Assembly (NCBI RefSeq): GCF_963506605.1
Contig: NC_083285.1
Location: 69,378,001-69,442,000, forward strand
Direction of reading: 5' to 3'
From: Zootoca vivipara
Lineage: Eukaryota
Length of the DNA stretch: 64,000 nucleotides
The notes below the pieces were generated by a model, which was not told the origin of the DNA, made no database searches, and saw only the letters and a list, made by a program, of their open reading frames with translations. Positions 58,252-64,000 of the stretch are shown in pieces. The first letter of the stretch is position 1. Each line of letters opens with the position of its first letter. A program made the translations under genes and the position numbers.

Positions 58252-59320
58252 CAGCGTTTCTCAACCGCTGTTCCGCGGCACACTACTGTGCCGCGAGACG
58301 CTGGCTGGTGTGCCGGGACATGAGGCGACGAGAAGGGCGATTTGCGGCCGCCAATAGGCAGCGCTGACCCGCCGGAAAGGAAGCTGGCCGGGTCAGTCTG
58401 GAGGGCGCGGGGGCGCAAAGGGTGTTTCTCCGTCATCTCCTCGCGCTCGCTCCCTGAGCGAGGCAGCGCTTCATGGCCGCGCGCCTGGGCTGAGGGGCCA
58501 GGCTTGGAAGCGGGAACATCGAGGGACGGGGCGGATATCTCCGCCGCCGGACACAAAGCGCCGCCGACGCCGCTGCTTTCCGCAATCCCGGGAGAAGGAG
58601 GAGGAGGAGGCGGAGGCGGCGGAGGCTGCCCCTCGGGTCTCTCTCTCCGGCCCTTCCTCTCTCCCTCCTTGCGTATGAGTCAGGTATTTCCCAGCCCGCC
58701 GTCGGCAGCCGAGGCTGCCTCCTCGCGCTCTCCCCGCGCGCTCCATGGAGAAGGCAGCGGCGGCAGCGGCGCAGGGCGGCAGGGACTCCGGAGCAGCAGC
58801 AGCCCCGTCCAGCGGCGGCAATAACAGCAGCAGCCGCAGCAGCAGCCCCACCTCCTCGCCGTCCTCCTCCGCCAGCCAGGGAGGGCTCTCGGGCCGCCAA
58901 GGAGCAGCGGCGGCGGTGGCTACACCAGCGGGGAGGCCGGAGGGAGGCGGCGGTGGTGGCAGCAGCAGCCCCAGCTCAGCCACGGCCAGCCCAAGAGGGA
59001 GCGGGGGGCTGGCGGCAGGCAGGACGACAGAGGCGGTGCTCGAGGGCTCTCTCAGCAAGTACACCAACCTCATCCAGGGCTGGCAAAGCAGGTAAATGTT
59101 GTGGGAATGACCTCTCTCAGTCTCATTTTTTGGTGTGTGTGTGTGTGTGCCAGTGGGTCGACCTACTTCCTTTCCCCCCTGTCTCCCCACCCTCCCTATT
59201 CCTCAGTCCCCCACCCATTCCCAACCCCCAGGATTTGCCCCGTCTTTTAATGGTGGTGTGCCGCGTGATTTATTTCATGGAACAAGTGTGCCTTGGCCCA
59301 AAAAAGGTTGAGAAACACTG
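58252..59320 (+). mobile_element. hAT/Charlie-type Pack element carrying a host gene fragment
   Basis: TIR CAGCGTTTCTCAACC / GGTTGAGAAACACTG (14/15); 8-bp TSD ATCTAGAT; CR1 ORF2 is contiguous on both sides. Confidence 0.93.
58745..59091 (+). pseudogene. OSBPL10: Captured exon 1 of an OSBPL10-like gene (N-terminal low-complexity region plus start of PH domain)
   Basis: MEKAAA...NSSSRSSS...[19 protein letters not shown] followed by donor GTAAAT; matches the ORP10/11 PH-domain start as I recall it. Confidence 0.8.
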
Positions 59321-59989
59321 ATCTAGATCTAGGGAAGTAATAGTACCACTGTATTCTGCTCTGGTCAGACCTCACCTGGAGTACTGTGTCCAGTTCTGGG
59401 CACCACAGTTCAAGAAGGATACTGACAAGCTGGAACGTGTCCAGAAGAGGTCAACCAAAATTGTCAAAGGCCTGGAAACGATACCTTATGAGGAACGGCT
59501 TAGGGAGCTGGGTATGTTTAGCCTGGAGAAGAGAAGGTTAAGGGGTGATATGATAGCCATGTTGAAATATATTAAAGGATGCCATATAGAGGAGGGAGAA
59601 AGGTTGTTTTCTGCTGCTCCAGAGAAGCGGACATGGAGCAATGGATTCAAACTTCAAGAAAGAAGATTCCACCTAAACATTAGGAAGAACTTCCTGACAG
59701 TAAGAGCTGTTCGGCAGTGGAATTTGCTACCAAGGAGTGTGGTGGAGTCTCCTTCTTTGGAGGTCTTTAAGCAGAGGCTTGACAGGCATATGTCAAGAAT
59801 GCTTTGATGGTGTTTCCTGCTTGGCAGGGGGTTGGACTGGATGGCCCTTGTGGTCTCTTCCAACTTACGATTCTATTCTATGATTCTATTGTCCCACACT
59901 CCCACTACAAGCAAAATACTTCCTTATTTCTGGGTCATGTTTGCCCTTAAACAATAATCAACAGTGCCCTTTTGTGCTCCTTCCTATCT

Positions 59990-60125
59990 ATGCAAATGCA
60001 AAACCACTAGCCTCTCACTAAACTCTCCAGGGGATATAAATGACCCAGAACGGTTTGTGTTTGTCTCAGGTGAAGCGTGAATTGCCACCACAGCAGATCA
60101 ATCATCCATTCATCCAGGTGGACAG
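59990..60125 (+). promoter_or_regulatory. Probable promoter (octamer plus TATA) and non-coding exon 1 of the second lectin
   Basis: ATGCAAAT 59990-59997; TATAAA 60035-60040; CAG/GTGAGT donor at 60125. Confidence 0.55.
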
Positions 60126-60819
60126 GTGAGTAGCCAAGCTGGTCCCTTTGTCCAGGGTTCAACAGCAGCCAAATCCCTGCAGAAGAATCATACTGCACCG
60201 TGCAAGTGAATTCTCTTGACCTGGGTATGTTTTTCGGGGGCACCTCAATGCCCCAAGATCAGTGGTTTTCAACCAGTGTGCCATAGCACCCTGGGGTGCC
60301 TTGAAGGATGGCCGGGGTGCCCGGGCAACACTGGGCTCTGTCCCTCTGTCCTTCCCTTCCTCCTCTGATGCCCTCTTGCGACTCTGCCTCCCAAAGGCTT
60401 GCACAGCTGTTTGTTGCAGCAGCCCTGGCTACAAGATCCACAGGCGAATGGTGCCTCTGGGGCTGGCCAGGGGGTTTTGGTTTCCAGGAGCTGAGGTGGC
60501 CTCGGAGTAAGCAAGCCAGCAGGTGAGGGAGCCCAGCCAGCCAGTCGACCAGCCCTTGCTGTTGGGAATGGACAGACAACAAGTCCCAGGCCCCTTTGGG
60601 GCAGTGTGAGGAGGAACCTCTCCTTGGGGCAGCAGGTGGGGCAGCTCAGAGACCAGGGATGGCAGTGGCAGCTACCCAGAGGACTCCCAAGGAGAGGAGA
60701 GGAGATAAGAAGCTGAAGGAACACTCCACAAAGGAGGTTGGATTTGGCAATTGTCATAACAGATGGGGGGCATTCCAAAGGTTTGGCACCGATCACCTCT
60801 CTCAGGTCCATCTCCTCTT

Positions 60820-61045
60820 TCGTCTTGACACGGAACAAAATAAAAAAATTCCTTCCAGTAGCACCTTAGAGATCAACTAAGTTTGTCATTGGTATGAGCT
60901 TTTGTGTGTATGCAAAGTTCTTCAGATTGTGCATACACACGAAAGCTCATACCAATGACAAACTTATTTGGTCTCTAAGGTGCTACTGGAAGGAATTTAT
61001 TTCTTTTGGTTTCGACTACGGCAGACCAACACGGCTGCCTACCTG
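60820..61045. mobile_element. Short fold-back Penelope pLTR remnant
   Basis: GTAGCACCTTAGAGA...GAAAGCTCATACC...TAAGGTGCTAC; similar remnants at ~11310-11520, 18459-18610, 24115-24260. Confidence 0.7.
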
Positions 61046-61723
61046 GGATACAGTTGGCACTGTGGTCTAATCCATGGGTAGGCAAACTAAGGCCCAGGGG
61101 CCGGATCTGACCCAATCACCTTCTAAATCTGGCCCACAGACGGTCTGAGAATCAGCATGTTTTTACAAGAGTAGAATGTGTCCTTTTATTTAAAATGCAT
61201 CTCTGGGTTATTTCTGGGGCATTGGAATTCATTCATACGTTTTTTCAAAATATAGTCTGACCCCCCACAAGGTCTGAGGGACAGTGGACCAGCCCCCTGC
61301 TGAAAAGGTTTGCTGACCCCTGGTCTAAACCACTGAACCTCTTGGGCTTGCCGATCAGAAGGTCGGTGGTTCAAATCCCCACAACAGTGTGAGCACCCGT
61401 TGCTCTGTCCCAGCTCCTGTCAACCCAGCAGCTCGAAAGCACGCCAGTGCAAGTACTGTAGATAAATTGGTACTGCTGTGGTGGGAAGTTAAATGGCATT
61501 TCCATGCGCTCTGGTTTCTGTCACAGTGTTCTCTTGTGCCAGAAGCAGTTTAGTCCTGCTGGCCACATGACCCAGAAAGCTGTCTGTGGACAAATGCCGG
61601 CTCCCTTGGCCTGAAAGCGAGATGAGCGCTGCAACCCCATAGTCACCTTTAACTGGACTTAACCATCCAGAGGTCCTTTACCTTTAGCTCTTTCTCCCCG
61701 CAGAAAAGGAAGGAAACCTAAAG

Positions 61724-62765
61724 ATGGGGGTTTTGGCTTTCTTTGGTCTCAGCTTCCTAATTGCTGCTCCTTTCTCGAGAGGTGAGTTCCATTCTTCCAG
61801 ACAGAGCTAGGGAGTGACCTTGGGCTCCTTGAGGAAATAGGGATAGAAATGAAACAAACATACATACATACATACATACATACATACATACATACATACA
61901 TAACTTTTTATTAGTAGAATATGAACTACAGTCATACCTCGGCTTAAGTACACCTCGGTTTGAGTACTTTCAGTTTAAGTACTCCGCGGACCCGTCTGGA
62001 ACGGATTAATCCACTTTCCAGTACTTTCAATGGGAAAGTTCACTTCATGTTAAGTACGCTTCGGGTTAAGTACGGACTTCCGGAACCAATTACACTCATA
62101 CTTCGGGTTAAGTACACTTCAGGTTGAGTACTCCGCGGACCCATCTGGAACAGATTAATCCACTTTCCATTACTTTCAATGGGAAAGGTCGCTTCAGGTT
62201 AAGTACACTTCAGGTTAAGTACAGACTTCCGGAACCAATTGTGTTTGTAAACCGAGGTACCACTGTATAGGGCAGGGGTCCCCAAACTACGGCCCGGGGG
62301 CCGGATGCGGCCCAATTGACCTGCCAATCCGGCCCGCGACGACCCCCGCCGCCCGCTCTTACGGTGCGCAGCACGGCAGCGCTCTTCCGGGTCGGGAAAA
62401 AAGCGCCGAAAATCCTTTGTGCGCATGCGTATGGGCCTCTCCCGACCCGGAAGAGGTCATTTCTGGTGCACTTCCGGGTTGGGGGAGGCCCATACGCATG
62501 CGCACAACGGATTTTCGGCGCTTTTTCCACCCTGGAAGCGCGCCGCCGCGCCAGTAAGTGCGCATGCGCACGAGCGCGCACTCCCCCACCCACCGGCCCG
62601 CACAGGCGCGCGCTCCCCCATCCTCCGGCCTGCCGCGCGATCGGCACGGTGGGAACCGGCCCAAACGCCAGTAAGTCTGGGGACCCCTGGTATAGGGAAT
62701 TGTACAATTGTGTAATATGCAGAAACAATGTTGTTGTTTAGTCGTTCAGTCGTGTCCCCTATAAA

Positions 62766-62804
<39 letters not shown>

Positions 62805-63470
62805 GTCATTTAGTCGTGTCCAACTCTTCATGACCCCATGGACCAGAGCACGCCAGGCACTCCTGTCTTCCACTGCCTCCCGCAGTTTGTTCAAACTCAT
62901 GTTCGTAGCTTCGAGAACACTGTCCAACCATCTCGTCCTCTGTCGTCCCCTTCTCCTAGTGCCCTCCATCTTTCCCAACATCAGGGTCTTTTCCAAGGAT
63001 TCTTCTCTTCTCATGAGGTGGCCAAAGTATTGGAGCCTCAGCTTCACGATCTGTCCTTCCAGTGAGCACTCAGGGCTGATTTCCTTCAGAATGGATAGGT
63101 TTGATCTTCTTGCAGTCCATGGGACTCTCAAGAGTCTCCTCCAGCACCACAATTCAAAAGCATCAATTCTTTGGCGATCAGCCTTCTTTATGGTCCAGCT
63201 CTCACTTCCATACATCACTACTGGGAAAACCATAGCTTTAACTATATGGACCTTTGTTGGCAAGGTGATGTCTCTGCTTTTTAAGATGCTGTCTAGGTTT
63301 GTCATTGCTTTTCTCCCAAGAAGCAGGCGTCTTTTAATTTCATGAATATACAAATCAGATAAGGGAGCTGAGGGAAATCCGGGGAGGGGGGTGGGAGAGG
63401 AGGGGGGAAAGGGGGAAAATGTAATTGGTTGTAGTGTTGACAAATTGTACTGATTTAAATTTCTCTTAAT

Positions 63471-63521
<51 letters not shown>

Positions 63522-63709
63522 CAAGTATCTAAACAAATAAATGAAAATCAACCCCAGGCCAGCTTCTGACTGGCTAACCCATTACACTGGCTTTTCCTTT
63601 GACTTCCTGAGCAGCCGCTGAGGCCTCCTGCTGCCACATGGACTGGTTTCCATATGGTGGCTATTGCTACAAACTCTTCAGCGATAAAGTGAGCTGGGCT
63701 GAGGCAGAG
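61724..63709 (+). CDS. Second secreted C-type lectin (partial; continues beyond window)
   Basis: Exon 61724-61781 signal peptide MGVLAFFGLSFLIAAPFSR; exon 63615-63709 AAEASCCHMDWFPYGGYCYKLFSDKVSWAEAE; same intron phases as the first lectin; not in the ORF track. Confidence 0.88.
61929..62265. mobile_element. Tc1/pogo (Tigger-like) MITE (relatives at ~50975-51145, 33941-34190, 37257-37903)
   Basis: TA-CAGTCATACCTCGG...CCGAGGTACCACTG-TA. Confidence 0.8.
62273..62689. mobile_element. hAT MITE
   Basis: CAGGGGTCCCCA...TGGGGACCCCTG; 8-bp TSD GTATAGGG. Confidence 0.88.
62768..63342 (-). mobile_element. BovB (RTE) LINE 3' fragment
   Basis: EIKRRLLLGRKAMTNLDSILKSRDITLPTKV...FELWCWRRLLRVPWTARRSN; (CAA)n tail. 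Confidence 0.95.
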
Positions 63710-64000
63710 GTAAGTGCAGCCTCTTGGATTGATCGCTTTACTTACATGCTGATTTTACACAACGAGCCGTGCCCAAAACGTCTTGCAGCAAACCTTAGAA
63801 ACACCCAAACACAGAGCACTAGAAATACAAATATTGTAGCCAAGGAAGATTGTCAGGGCTGTCTTAAGCATATCTGGTGCCGTGGTGCAAAGCTCCCTCC
63901 GCCCGCCCGCCCCCATTTCCCAGAGTTTTTTTATGGAGGACGGCGGGGCTGCAGGAGGCGGGCAGCGGCTGGGGGGTGGCTCCTCTGGCGGGGAAGAGGT

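Larger units (their letters stand above)
51478..59889 (+). mobile_element. Near full-length CR1 LINE (ORF1 zinc finger/leucine zipper plus esterase; ORF2 APE plus RT), decayed and interrupted twice
   Basis: CNSC..CSNC, VIGDSL, GTND; CLYTNAQSMGNK, ITETWW; [22 protein letters not shown]; ATTCTATG-type 3' tail; stops and frameshifts. Confidence 0.95.

Noticed and set aside
58745-59095. Genuine OSBPL10 locus starting here
   Set aside because: It is bounded by TIRs and an 8-bp TSD in the middle of a contiguous CR1 ORF2, so it is best read as captured cargo.
60260-60340. Another Charlie-type Pack element
   Set aside because: A left TIR-like end (CAGTGGTTTTCAACC) is present, but I found no right TIR or TSD.
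58745-63709. In-frame OSBPL10-lectin fusion protein
   Set aside because: Both candidate splices give an early stop or the wrong frame.

Overview
Vertebrate genomic DNA, almost certainly from a squamate reptile (Sauria SINEs, BovB, CR1, L2, Penelope; the L2 tails look lacertid-like to me). Four host genes can be built by hand from splice sites: an ODF3B/CIMAP1-type SHIPPO-repeat gene (minus strand, last exon beyond the left edge), a complete 11-exon HDAC8 (+, 373 aa, catalytic residues intact), and two divergently transcribed secreted C-type lectin genes (one complete on minus, one partial on plus at the right edge). The rest is dense TE sequence. Highlights: (1) a hAT/Charlie-type element (15-bp TIRs, 8-bp TSD) that carries the CpG-rich upstream region, exon 1 and splice donor of an OSBPL10-like gene, inserted in a CR1 about 0.7 kb upstream of a lectin TATA box; (2) a young Tf1/sushi chromovirus in HDAC8 intron 5 whose integrase tail has two tandem helix-acidic-FxGF motifs resembling LEDGF/TND-interacting motifs, and which also has a self-priming PBS, a PEG10-type -1 frameshift signal and a 5' LTR deletion removing the self-primer; (3) a ~370-bp-arm Penelope palindrome carrying two minimal hammerhead ribozymes; (4) a ~2.1-kb RT-less retroposon with its own ORF in a three-level TE nest. 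All family assignments come from motif recognition; no database search was run.
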